Source: an uncultured Acidobacteriota bacterium (GTDB taxonomy: Bacteria > Acidobacteriota > Thermoanaerobaculia > UBA5066 > Gp7-AA6). From it: a stretch of DNA of 64,000 nt. The first letter of the stretch is position 1, and every line of letters begins with the position of its first letter. A program made the translations under genes and the position numbers. Positions 29,902-38,761 of the stretch are shown one piece after another. Below the pieces are notes generated by a model. The model was not told the origin of the DNA, made no database searches, and worked only from the letters and a program-made list of their open reading frames with translations. The stretch lies in the NCBI GenBank assembly GCA_963815655.1, contig CAWFHK010000001.1, positions 1,628,903 through 1,692,902 on the forward strand. The letters run 5' to 3'.

Positions 29902-31125
29902 ATGGCATCCGCGACCGAGGCTCGCTCGCGAGCGCGCTTCCTGACGGCGAAGAACCTTCGCGAGGCCCTCCTCTCCGGGCTCGTCGGCATCGGAGTCGTC
30001 TTTTTGATTTTCTTCGGCCGGGTGGAGCTCTTCGGCTGGCGTCTGGCTTCTTTCGGAGCGCTGACCGGAATCTCGATCCTTGTCTGCTGCAACAGGTTGT
30101 TCAGGCTCGTGGGCGAGCCAATCTACCGGCGCGGCATCCTTCCGCGCCCGCTCGTGGCCGCGATCGTCTTCTTCTTCGGAGGCGCGCTTGGCTGGGGGAT
30201 CGCCTTGCTCATTGCGGAGAGCACGGGCCTCACCCGGATTGTCTTCTCCCCGCGTGATATCGGCATCGCCTTCGCCGTCGCCGGCTCGCTTGGCCTCGTG
30301 GTCGGGCTCGCATTTTATTTTTTCGGGGCGCTCGAAACGCGCCTGCGCGACAGCGTCGAGCGCCTGAAGGAAGCGGAGTTCGCGGAGAAGGAGCTCGAGC
30401 TTGCCCGGTCCATTCAGCAGCGGCTCCTTCCGCCGGGCGCCATCGAGGCGGAGGGCTACCGCGCGTCGGCCCGCAACCTGCCGGCTCGCTTCGTCGCCGG
30501 GGATTTCTACGACGTGTTCCACCAGGCCGGCGGGACCGTCGGGCTCGTCATCGCGGACGTCTCGGGCAAGGGGATCGGGGCATCGCTCATCATGGCTTCC
30601 GTCAAGGCGGTCGTGCCCCTCGTCGCGGCGGACAAGACGGCCGCCGAAACCCTGACGCGCTTGAACGTCAAGCTCTCGGCGGAGCTCGCCCCCCGCGATT
30701 TCGTCGCCCTCTGTTTCGCGCGCTACGACCCGGCGGACGGAACGCTCGAGATCGCCAACGCGGGACTGCCGGATCCGTACCGCCTCCGCGCGGGAGAGCC
30801 CGCCGAGGCGCTGTCCGTGCCCGGTCCCCGCCTCCCGCTGGGCGCGCGCCGCGACGTCGCGTACGAGTCGCTGACGGTCACCCTGGCGCCCGGCGAGCGC
30901 GTGCTCTTCGTAACCGACGGCCTGCCCGAGGCGCCGGACGCCGCCGGCGATCCGCTGGGTTACGAAACTCTTTCCCGCCTCATCGGGTCGTCGGCGGGCG
31001 CGCCGGGCGACCTTCTCGACCGCCTACTCGAATCCGTCCGCTCCGCGAGCCCGGGGGCGCTCCAGGACGACTGGACGGTTCTCCTGCTCGAGCGGCGGGC
31101 CGCCGGTTATCTCGGCCCGAGCTGA
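29902..31125 (+). CDS. Membrane-bound PP2C/SpoIIE (RsbU-like) phosphatase
   Basis: N-terminal TMs, ELELARSIQQRLLP, AGDFYD, IADVSGKG, VTDGLPE, QDDWT. Confidence 0.9.
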   Translation: MASATEARSRARFLTAKNLREALLSGLVGIGVVFLIFFGRVELFGWRLASFGALTGISILVCCNRLFRLVGEPIYRRGILPRPLVAAIVFFFGGALGWGIALLIAESTGLTRIVFSPRDIGIAFAVAGSLGLVVGLAFYFFGALETRLRDSVERLKEAEFAEKELELARSIQQRLLPPGAIEAEGYRASARNLPARFVAGDFYDVFHQAGGTVGLVIADVSGKGIGASLIMASVKAVVPLVAADKTAAETLTRLNVKLSAELAPRDFVALCFARYDPADGTLEIANAGLPDPYRLRAGEPAEALSVPGPRLPLGARRDVAYESLTVTLAPGERVLFVTDGLPEAPDAAGDPLGYETLSRLIGSSAGAPGDLLDRLLESVRSASPGALQDDWTVLLLERRAAGYLGPS

Positions 31126-32174
31126 TAGATCCGAAGCTCGTTGCCGCACTGGACGCCGAACTGGGCCGACGGCATCGTGCCTCCCCCCTGGATCGTGCAC
31201 TTCTCGATCCAGGCGCCGCAGTCCATCGTGACGAGCGGCCCCCCGTCGGGATGGCGATCCACGAGGAGCCGGGCGTGGTGCGTGTGACCGATGACGGCGA
31301 GCCGGCAACCGCGCCCCTCCGGCGTGCGGGCTCGCGCGCGCACATCGCCTCCGAAAGTGATGACTCCGGCGGTCTGGTGGAAGTCGTCCCGCCCGTGCGC
31401 GGACGTGACCGGGTCCTCGAACCCGTCGATCGGCAGGAACATGTTCTTGCACGCTTCGACGTCGGCTCTCCCCGCGACCGGCACCGCGCCCGTGGGGCCC
31501 GGGACCACGATCGGGAAGGTGCGCGAGGGATCGCTCTTCCTGGCGCGGAGCAGCATCGCGATCTTCCCCTCGTATCCGTCGGGGAACGGGCCCACCTTGT
31601 ACAGCCCGGCGTGGACGTGCTCGGCGTTGATCACGAGGGCCGCCTTCCACTTCGTCGGGAGGCGCTCGAGCTGGTCCCAGATGTGGCCGTGGGTCAAGAA
31701 CATCCTGCCGCCGGCGGCCGGCGCGATCTCCAGCCTCTCGTCCTCCGGCGGCGTCGTGACGTCCGCCAGCGGGCTGTCGTGGTTGCCCCGCACGATCGTC
31801 GTGCCGAGGTCCTGGAGGCCCCGGTGCATCGGCCGGATCGTCGGGTCGCCCGTGATCGCCGCCAGCACTTCGTCGGCGTTCATGCCGTCCGGCGGGTCCT
31901 GCCGCCAGAAATCGAGCCGGTCGCCGCTCTGGAAGACATGGACTCCGGGGGTCCGCTCGAGGACTTCGAGCAGCGCCGGAAAGAGGTCGAGGCCGTTGAA
32001 GTGATAGTCCGGGAAGTGGCCCATCCGTTCCGTGCTGATCCAGTGGAGGTCGGGGATGAAGACCCGGAGTGCCGGATCGTTCTCGAAGCCGAGCCCCGGA
32101 TCGGAGAAACGGTTGACGAGGAAAACGCGGAAGCGCGCCAGCAGGGTCTCCAGGAAGTCGTTCTGGTCCGCCAT
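31107..32174 (-). CDS. Calcineurin-like metallophosphoesterase
   Basis: PDLHW, GDRLDFW, RGNHD, THGH, GHTHH motifs in order. Confidence 0.8.
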   Translation of the reverse strand: MADQNDFLETLLARFRVFLVNRFSDPGLGFENDPALRVFIPDLHWISTERMGHFPDYHFNGLDLFPALLEVLERTPGVHVFQSGDRLDFWRQDPPDGMNADEVLAAITGDPTIRPMHRGLQDLGTTIVRGNHDSPLADVTTPPEDERLEIAPAAGGRMFLTHGHIWDQLERLPTKWKAALVINAEHVHAGLYKVGPFPDGYEGKIAMLLRARKSDPSRTFPIVVPGPTGAVPVAGRADVEACKNMFLPIDGFEDPVTSAHGRDDFHQTAGVITFGGDVRARARTPEGRGCRLAVIGHTHHARLLVDRHPDGGPLVTMDCGAWIEKCTIQGGGTMPSAQFGVQCGNELRIYQLGPR

Positions 32175-32238
32175 GCGCGCCCTCCTGCCGGCCGCGTCGC
32201 CGCGGTCTTGTCCGAGCGTATCAAACAGCCCCAGCGTT

Positions 32239-32305
32239 GGTTCTCCCCATCACGGCAGGCCGGCGCGTGCCGACGCAGGGGAACGACGCCGGCTTCGGGG
32301 CGGGT
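32239..32305 (+). repeat. Dispersed fold-back element family 1, copy E (3' arm only)
   Basis: ggttctcccc.t.acggcaggccggcgcgtgccgacgcaggg matches 12659-12700. Confidence 0.8.
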
Positions 32306-32411
32306 CTTTCGCCGTAATCGCGGAGCGGACAATTCCGCACAGCGCGGGGCAGTTGACCGGGCCGGCGCTCGGGGATACGGTGTCGGAAGGTCTGAAGGGC
32401 GAATTCAGAAA

Positions 32412-33998
32412 ATGAGCAGGCGGGAGAAACCGACGCGGCGGCGTTTCCTTTCGACGCTCCTGGGCGCGCCCGCGGCGTTGTCCGCCCTCCAGGCGTGCAC
32501 GAGCGCGCCGTTGGCGCCGGGAGTTCCGGCCGCGCCCGAGACGCCGGGCCCGGCGTTTCCGGATTGCTCGAGGCGCAAGTCCTGGTCGAACTACGTCGGG
32601 ACGCAGACCGCCGAGCCGCTCGCGCTCTGCGCGCCCGCGAGCCCAGGCGCCGTGCAATCCCTGGTGTCGGAAACGGGATCGCGCCGCCTGACCATGAAGG
32701 CGGTCGGCTCCGGACACGCCTGGTCCGACGTCGCGTTGACCGACGGCGTCATGGTGCTGCCGGACAACCTGCGAGCCGTCCTCCCGCTGGAGAGGGACAC
32801 CCTCAAGGTCTCGGCGCCGAAACTCCTCTTTCGCGTCGAGAGCGGCATCACCATCCGGCAGCTGAACGAGGCGCTCGACGCCGCCGGACTGGCCCTCTTC
32901 AACATGGGCGGTTACGACGGCCAGACGATCGCCGGCGCCACCTCGACGGCGACGCACGGCTCCGGCATTGAGTTTCCGCCGCTGTCCGACGCCATCGAGT
33001 CGCTCGAGATCGTCCCGGCGGACGGCCGCGTCCACCGGATCGAGCCGGGCAACGGGATCACGGACCCCGCCGCGTTTGCCCGGCGGCACCCCGGCGTGCG
33101 GCTTCTCCAGGACGACGCGACTTTTTATTCGGTGATCGTGGGGCTCGGGTGCATGGGCGTCATCACCTCGGTCATCCTGCGCGTGACCGAGAAGTACTGG
33201 CTCACCGAGCGGCGATGGACGGTCCCGTGGCCGGAAGTCCGCGCCCTGCTGGCCAGGGGCGAGGTGCTGCGCGAGCACCGGCACTACGAGGTGCTCGTGA
33301 ACCCCCATCCCCTCGACGGAGTGAACCTCGCCCTCATCACGACCCGCGACCCGGCCGTCCCGCCGGTCGTGGAGTCGCCGTTTCTGGAGCGCAACTTCCT
33401 CGTCGCGCTCGGCTCGATCCTCCCGCCGGCACTCCTGGAGCCCGAGCCGGACAAGGCGCCTCAGCAACTGAACCTCGCGCTGAAGCTCCTCGCCCGCGAG
33501 CCGTACACGCGGGTCAGCTACGAGGTCCTGAACATCGGCGCGCCGAACAACATCCAGGCCGTCTCCGCCGAGCTCGCTTTCCCGATGGAGGGAAACCGCT
33601 ACCTCGAAGCGGTCGACCGGCTCCTCGAGCTCGCCGAGATCCAGAGGGCCATCGCCGGACGCTGCCACAGCTCCCCCGTCTCGCTGCGGTTCGTGAAGGC
33701 CTCGAAGGCCTACCTCGCTCCGCAGAGCGGGCGCGACACGTGCATGATGGAGATCATCTTCGGCAAGGGAACCGTCGGCGCCAACGAGCTGATCTATCTC
33801 TACGAGAACGAGCTCGGGAAGTATGGCGCGCGGCCCCACTGGGGACAGCTGAACTTCGTGACGGGAGGACACCCGGTCTTGAGAAGGATGTATCCGCGAT
33901 ACGACAGCTGGCTCGCGACATACAGGAAGCTCAATTCAAACCATCTCTTCGACAGCGCGTTCGCCAAGCGCGTCGGAATCGCCGACTCCACATCATGA
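32412..33998 (+). CDS. FAD-linked aldonolactone oxidase family (ALO/GULO-like), Tat lipoprotein
   Basis: TRRRFL...LQAC, VGSGHAWS, QTIAGATSTATHGSG, GLGCMG, RPHWGQ. Confidence 0.87.
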   Translation: MSRREKPTRRRFLSTLLGAPAALSALQACTSAPLAPGVPAAPETPGPAFPDCSRRKSWSNYVGTQTAEPLALCAPASPGAVQSLVSETGSRRLTMKAVGSGHAWSDVALTDGVMVLPDNLRAVLPLERDTLKVSAPKLLFRVESGITIRQLNEALDAAGLALFNMGGYDGQTIAGATSTATHGSGIEFPPLSDAIESLEIVPADGRVHRIEPGNGITDPAAFARRHPGVRLLQDDATFYSVIVGLGCMGVITSVILRVTEKYWLTERRWTVPWPEVRALLARGEVLREHRHYEVLVNPHPLDGVNLALITTRDPAVPPVVESPFLERNFLVALGSILPPALLEPEPDKAPQQLNLALKLLAREPYTRVSYEVLNIGAPNNIQAVSAELAFPMEGNRYLEAVDRLLELAEIQRAIAGRCHSSPVSLRFVKASKAYLAPQSGRDTCMMEIIFGKGTVGANELIYLYENELGKYGARPHWGQLNFVTGGHPVLRRMYPRYDSWLATYRKLNSNHLFDSAFAKRVGIADSTS

Positions 33999-34038
33999 AC
34001 GCGAATCCCGATTCCTCTCGGTCCCGCGGGGGCCGCTG

Positions 34039-35967
34039 ATGTCTCTCCGCCAGGACGTCCTTCGAGCGTTCGTGGAGCTCCAGTTGAGGGCGATCGATCC
34101 GGAACCGGCCGCGCTGCTGGACGACCCGGCGGCCGTCGCGACGGACGTCGTGACGTACTTGAACGGCGTTCCGCATCTGGTCGCCGAAGGCTTCGGACTC
34201 GCGCTCGATCAGATCGATCTGAAGGCCCGCACGGCCCTCGGGCACCCCTTCCCGCAACTGGGTCTCGCGGACCGGCGCTCCGCCCTGGACGGCGTCGCCC
34301 GGGACCAGCTCGGGCAGACCCTCCTCACGATGCTGGCCCGCGCGACATGGCTCGTCATCTACTCGCGGGAGCCGGCGCGCGACCGCGTGGGGTTCTCCCG
34401 CTCCCTGGACCTGCCGCCCCCCGCCGACGTTCCTTCGCCGGACGCCGCGAGCCTCCGGCATGTCTACGACGCCTGCGTCGTCGGCTCCGGGGCCGGAGGG
34501 GCCGTCGTGGCGGCGCGGCTGGCCGCCGCCGGGCGGGACGTCCTCCTGATCGACGAGGGGGCCTGGGTCAATCCGAAGTCCTACAGCGCCCGCGACGATC
34601 GGGCGTTGAACCAGCTCTACCGCGACTCGGGGATCCAGCCCGCGCTGCCGGCGCTGGACTACATCCCGCGCCGCCACGGCTTCGGGTTCATGACGGTGCT
34701 CCAGGCCCGCGTCTTCGGCGGCGGGCCCGTCGTGAACAACGCGATCCATCTTCCGATCGCGCGCGAGCGCTGGTCCCGGTGGCGGAGCGACTTTGCCTTC
34801 CCGGTCGAATGGGCGGACCTGGAGGCAGCCCTCGCGCGGGTCGGGAGCGACCTCGGCGTGAGCGCGTCGGAGATGAAGCGCGCGCAGGGCAAGAGGAGCA
34901 CCGCCTTCGAGACCGGCGCCGGCCGGCTCCATCTGCCGGTCCGGGATCTCCCGCTGTCCGTGCTCGACTGCGCGTGCTGCGGAGGCTGCAACGTCGGGTG
35001 CCAGTTCGGCCGGAAGACCGCCGGGCCTCACGGTCCCCGGCCGGCCGGCAAGCCGTCGAGCTACCTCGAGCGGGCCCTCGCGGCCAACTGCGGCATCCGG
35101 CCGGGCCTGCGGGCGGTCAACCTCGAAGCCGACCTCTTCTCGCGGCGCGCGGTCGCGTTGAAGTGCCTGGACCTCGCCGACGGCAAGCGGGAGGTCCGCG
35201 TCAGGGCGCGGCGGTTCGTGATCGCCGCGGGGCCGATCGCGAGCAGCCGGATCCTGCGCGACAGCCTCTTCCAGGTGCTGAGCCCCGTCGGGCGCCACAT
35301 GGCGGCCAACGTCGTCTCCCCCGTGTTCGCCGAGCTGCCCGAGGACATCGAGCCCGCTCGCGACAACCCGGGCATACAGATGTGCGTCTTCGTGGACCAG
35401 GGAGGCCGCCTGCTCGAGTCGTGGTTCCACTATCCGGGCTCCCTCGCGGCCGCGCTCCCGCAGTGGATGGAGGAGCACGCCGGCGTGATGAAGGCCTACA
35501 GGCGGCTCGCCGTCTGCGCCGCCGTCGTCCCGACGGCCAACGGCGGAGAGCTCGGACCGACGAACAACCTCGTCCTCTCCCTTTCGGACGAAGAGATCGC
35601 GCAGATGAAGGAAGGGATGGTGCAGATCGCCGAGGCGTTCTTCGCGGCGGGCGCGTCTCGCGTGTTGCCCGGGACCTCTTTCCCTCTCCAGATCAACGCC
35701 GCCACGAAGGACGCGGACGAGGCGAAGTTCCGGGGCGCCGTCGTCGGGCAGGCCGACCTGACCCTGAGCACGGCGCACGTGCAGGGGGGCAACGCGATCG
35801 GCACGGACGCCCTGCATTCCGTCGTCGCCCCCGGCTTCCACCTCCACGACTTCGACAACGTCTTCGTGGCCGACACGAGCCTCTTCCCCGCCGGCTGCGC
35901 GGTCAACCCGCAGATGACGACGATGGCCCTCGCCCACCTCGCCGCCGATCGCATCCTGTCCGCTTGA
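34039..35967 (+). CDS. GMC family oxidoreductase
   Basis: VVGSGAGG, FGGGPVVN, CACCGGCNVGC, HVQGG, VADTSLFP...VNPQMT. Confidence 0.88.
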   Translation: MSLRQDVLRAFVELQLRAIDPEPAALLDDPAAVATDVVTYLNGVPHLVAEGFGLALDQIDLKARTALGHPFPQLGLADRRSALDGVARDQLGQTLLTMLARATWLVIYSREPARDRVGFSRSLDLPPPADVPSPDAASLRHVYDACVVGSGAGGAVVAARLAAAGRDVLLIDEGAWVNPKSYSARDDRALNQLYRDSGIQPALPALDYIPRRHGFGFMTVLQARVFGGGPVVNNAIHLPIARERWSRWRSDFAFPVEWADLEAALARVGSDLGVSASEMKRAQGKRSTAFETGAGRLHLPVRDLPLSVLDCACCGGCNVGCQFGRKTAGPHGPRPAGKPSSYLERALAANCGIRPGLRAVNLEADLFSRRAVALKCLDLADGKREVRVRARRFVIAAGPIASSRILRDSLFQVLSPVGRHMAANVVSPVFAELPEDIEPARDNPGIQMCVFVDQGGRLLESWFHYPGSLAAALPQWMEEHAGVMKAYRRLAVCAAVVPTANGGELGPTNNLVLSLSDEEIAQMKEGMVQIAEAFFAAGASRVLPGTSFPLQINAATKDADEAKFRGAVVGQADLTLSTAHVQGGNAIGTDALHSVVAPGFHLHDFDNVFVADTSLFPAGCAVNPQMTTMALAHLAADRILSA

Positions 35968-35992
35968 GAGAGCGACGCGCTCGTAGTAATTC

Positions 35993-36447
35993 CTCAACAC
36001 GCTGTTCCCATCAAGACGCTCCTTCTCGGTGCGGCCAGGGCGGCCTGAGCGCACCCGAAACTTCGGCTGACACACCGCACCGGCGTCGGGCCGCCTCCCT
36101 CCGGCGGCACGCTCCGGCAGGCCGCGACGGGAGAACCGGCCGTCGCTCTATCGCGAAGGCGCAGTGGCAGCGCGGCTGCAGGATGTCCTTATGGTGCGCC
36201 TTCGCTCACGGCCATCTCCGGAAGGCGTCCCGCCGCCGGGGCTGAAGCCCGGCTGGATTGGCACGGCGCAGCCTGGAGACGCCAGCGTTGTCCGGCAGCG
36301 GCCCTGTCCGAGGGCACACATCACGGACTCGGGTCAACGATGCGTCCTCTGTGCCCTCGGACCGGAGCGGCGGCGAGGGCTTTCCTCCGTGCGGCCAGGC
36401 CGCCGCGTGCCGCAGAGGGCAACGACGGCGTCTCCAGGCGGATTCTC
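35993..36447 (+). repeat. Dispersed fold-back element family 1, copy D (longest)
   Basis: Contains blocks shared with both C and A/B, e.g. gggccgcctccct, ggagaaccggccgtcgct, cgctcacg, cccgccgccggggct. Confidence 0.88.
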
Positions 36448-36502
36448 AGTGACCAATCAGCGACCAGAAACCCGAACTGAGAACGTCTTGAGAACTGACA
36501 GG

Positions 36503-38584
36503 CTACCGCAACATCATCCAGAGATAAGCGTACTGGAGCGCGGTGACCTGAGCCGTCTCCTTGTTGACCGCGCCGCTGCCGTGTCCCCCCTCGGTGTTCT
36601 CGAAGTAGTAGACGGGATGTCCCTGGGCCTCCATCTTCGCCACCATCTTGCGCGCGTGGGCGGGGTGCACGCGGTCGTCGCGCGTGTTCGTCCAGAAGAA
36701 TGGCGTCGGGTACTTCGCGTCCGGCTTGAGCAGTTGGTACGGCGACCACGTCTGGATGTAGGCCCAGTCCTCCGGCTTGTCCGGGTCGCCGTACTCGGCC
36801 ATCCAGCTCGCGCCGGCCAGGAGGTGGCTGAAGCGGCGCATGTCCGCCAGCGGCACCTGAGCGACCACCGCGTGAAAGAGCTCCGGGTAGAGCGTGAAGC
36901 TCCCGCTGACGAGGAGGCCCCCCTGGGAGCCGCCCATGATCCCGAGGCGGCGCGACGAGGTGATCTTCCGCGCGATCAGGTCCCGGGCGACGGCGGAGAA
37001 GTCCTCGAAGTTGTGGATGTGCTGCGCCTTCACGGCCCCCTTGTGCCAGGCGGGGCCGAATTCCCCGCCGCCGCGGATGTTCGCGAGGACATACACGCCC
37101 CCCCGCGCCAGCCACGCGGTCCCGACGACGCCGCTGTACCGCGGCACCTCGGGCACCTCGAACCCGCCGTAGCCGGTCAGGAGCGTCGGCGCGTCCGAGC
37201 CCGCCTTCCACCCCTTCGGCTCGACGACGAAGTACGGGATCTTCGTGCCGTCCTTCGACGTCGCCTCGAGCTGCTCGGTCCTGATCCCCGCCGCGTCGAA
37301 GAACGCCGGCATCGTCTTGACCTTCACCGGCGCCCCGCCGTTGTCCGAGAGCCAGAGCGACGCGGGGGTCGTGAAGTCCTGGTACGTGAAGAAGAAGGCC
37401 TCCGTCGAGTCGCTCGTGGCCGAGAGCGTCGCGGTGCCGAGCCCCGGCGTCGGAACCTCGGAGCGCTTCCACGCGCCCCCTTCGAGGGAGAGCGCCGTGA
37501 TGCGGCTGTGCACATTGTCGAGGGTCTGGAGGAGGACCCGGTCCTTCGTGCGATCCACGCCGGCGAGGGAGACACGCTCGCTCGGCTCGAAGAGCACGTC
37601 GTAGCGGCGCACGCTCCGCAGGAGGTCGTCCACGCTTGCCGCGAGCAGAGAGCCCTCGCGGTACGTCTTGCCGCCGGCCGGCCAGTCGCTGCGCAGGGAG
37701 AACAGGACCCGGTCGCGGAAGAAGGCCCGCACGCGCGAGTCCTCGGGCAGGTCGAGCTTGACGAGGCGGTCGCCCAGGAGAAGGAAGGACTCCTGTCGGA
37801 AGAACGCCGGGACCCGCGTGACGAGGTCGTACCGCCCGTCGCTCAGGATCTCGCTGCTGCCGCCCGCGCCGACGTCCTCGGCCCCGGTCTCGAAGACCGT
37901 CCGGGCCGAGGAGAGCGGGGCGCCTCGCTTCCAGAGCTTGACGATCCGCGGATAGCCGGAGGACGTCAGCGTCCCCGGGCCGAAGTCCGTCCCGACCCAG
38001 AGCGTGTCCTCGTCGCGCCAGGAGACGCTCGACTTCGCTTCCGGCAGCGAGAACCCGGCGGCCACGAACTCCTTCTTCCCGGTGTCGAACTCCCGCTGGA
38101 CGGCGGCGTCGGAGCCCCCGGCGGAAAGGCTGATCATGCAGCGGGCGTGCGCGGGGGGGAGGCACGTCGCGCCGTGGAAGACCCAGGGCTTCCCCTCGGC
38201 CTTCGCGAGCGCGTCCACGTCGAGGACCGTCTCCCAGCGGGGGGCGGGCGTCCGGTAGGAGTCCAGCGTCGTGCGCCGCCAGATGCCCCGCTCGTGGGCG
38301 TCGTCTTTCCAGAAGTTGTACACGGTCTCGCCGAGCAGCTCGGGCGACGGGATCTTCTCCTTCGAGTCCAGGATCTCCAGCGTGCGCGCGAAAATCGGCT
38401 TGTATTCCGGGCGCGCCTCGAGCAGCGCGGTCGTCTTCGCGTTGTGCTGCCTCGCCCACGCCAGGGCCTTCTCGCCCTGCACGTCCTCCAGCCACTGGAA
38501 CGGATCGTCGCCGGTCTGGGCGGCCGCCGAAAACGCCGCCGCGGCGAGCGCCGCCGCCGCCACTGTCCTCGCAAACGTCCTCAT
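36503..38584 (-). CDS. Prolyl oligopeptidase (S9A), secreted
   Basis: DPFQWLED, GYGGF, NIRGGGEFG, GGSQGG, DDRVHPAH, GGH. Confidence 0.93.
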   Translation of the reverse strand: MRTFARTVAAAALAAAAFSAAAQTGDDPFQWLEDVQGEKALAWARQHNAKTTALLEARPEYKPIFARTLEILDSKEKIPSPELLGETVYNFWKDDAHERGIWRRTTLDSYRTPAPRWETVLDVDALAKAEGKPWVFHGATCLPPAHARCMISLSAGGSDAAVQREFDTGKKEFVAAGFSLPEAKSSVSWRDEDTLWVGTDFGPGTLTSSGYPRIVKLWKRGAPLSSARTVFETGAEDVGAGGSSEILSDGRYDLVTRVPAFFRQESFLLLGDRLVKLDLPEDSRVRAFFRDRVLFSLRSDWPAGGKTYREGSLLAASVDDLLRSVRRYDVLFEPSERVSLAGVDRTKDRVLLQTLDNVHSRITALSLEGGAWKRSEVPTPGLGTATLSATSDSTEAFFFTYQDFTTPASLWLSDNGGAPVKVKTMPAFFDAAGIRTEQLEATSKDGTKIPYFVVEPKGWKAGSDAPTLLTGYGGFEVPEVPRYSGVVGTAWLARGGVYVLANIRGGGEFGPAWHKGAVKAQHIHNFEDFSAVARDLIARKITSSRRLGIMGGSQGGLLVSGSFTLYPELFHAVVAQVPLADMRRFSHLLAGASWMAEYGDPDKPEDWAYIQTWSPYQLLKPDAKYPTPFFWTNTRDDRVHPAHARKMVAKMEAQGHPVYYFENTEGGHGSGAVNKETAQVTALQYAYLWMMLR

Positions 38585-38761
38585 CGCTCCTCCTTGCCCG
38601 CCGAAAAAAGCATCATAGGCGATCCTCGAAAGCGCCCCGGCTCGCATCCCGGGACTCCCGCCGGCCAGGCGCGGCGCTTCGCGCACGCTCAAACAGACGA
38701 CGCGCACCCCGAATTCAAATGGACGAGCTTCCAGCGCGCCGGCCGCGCCTTCCGCTCTCAA

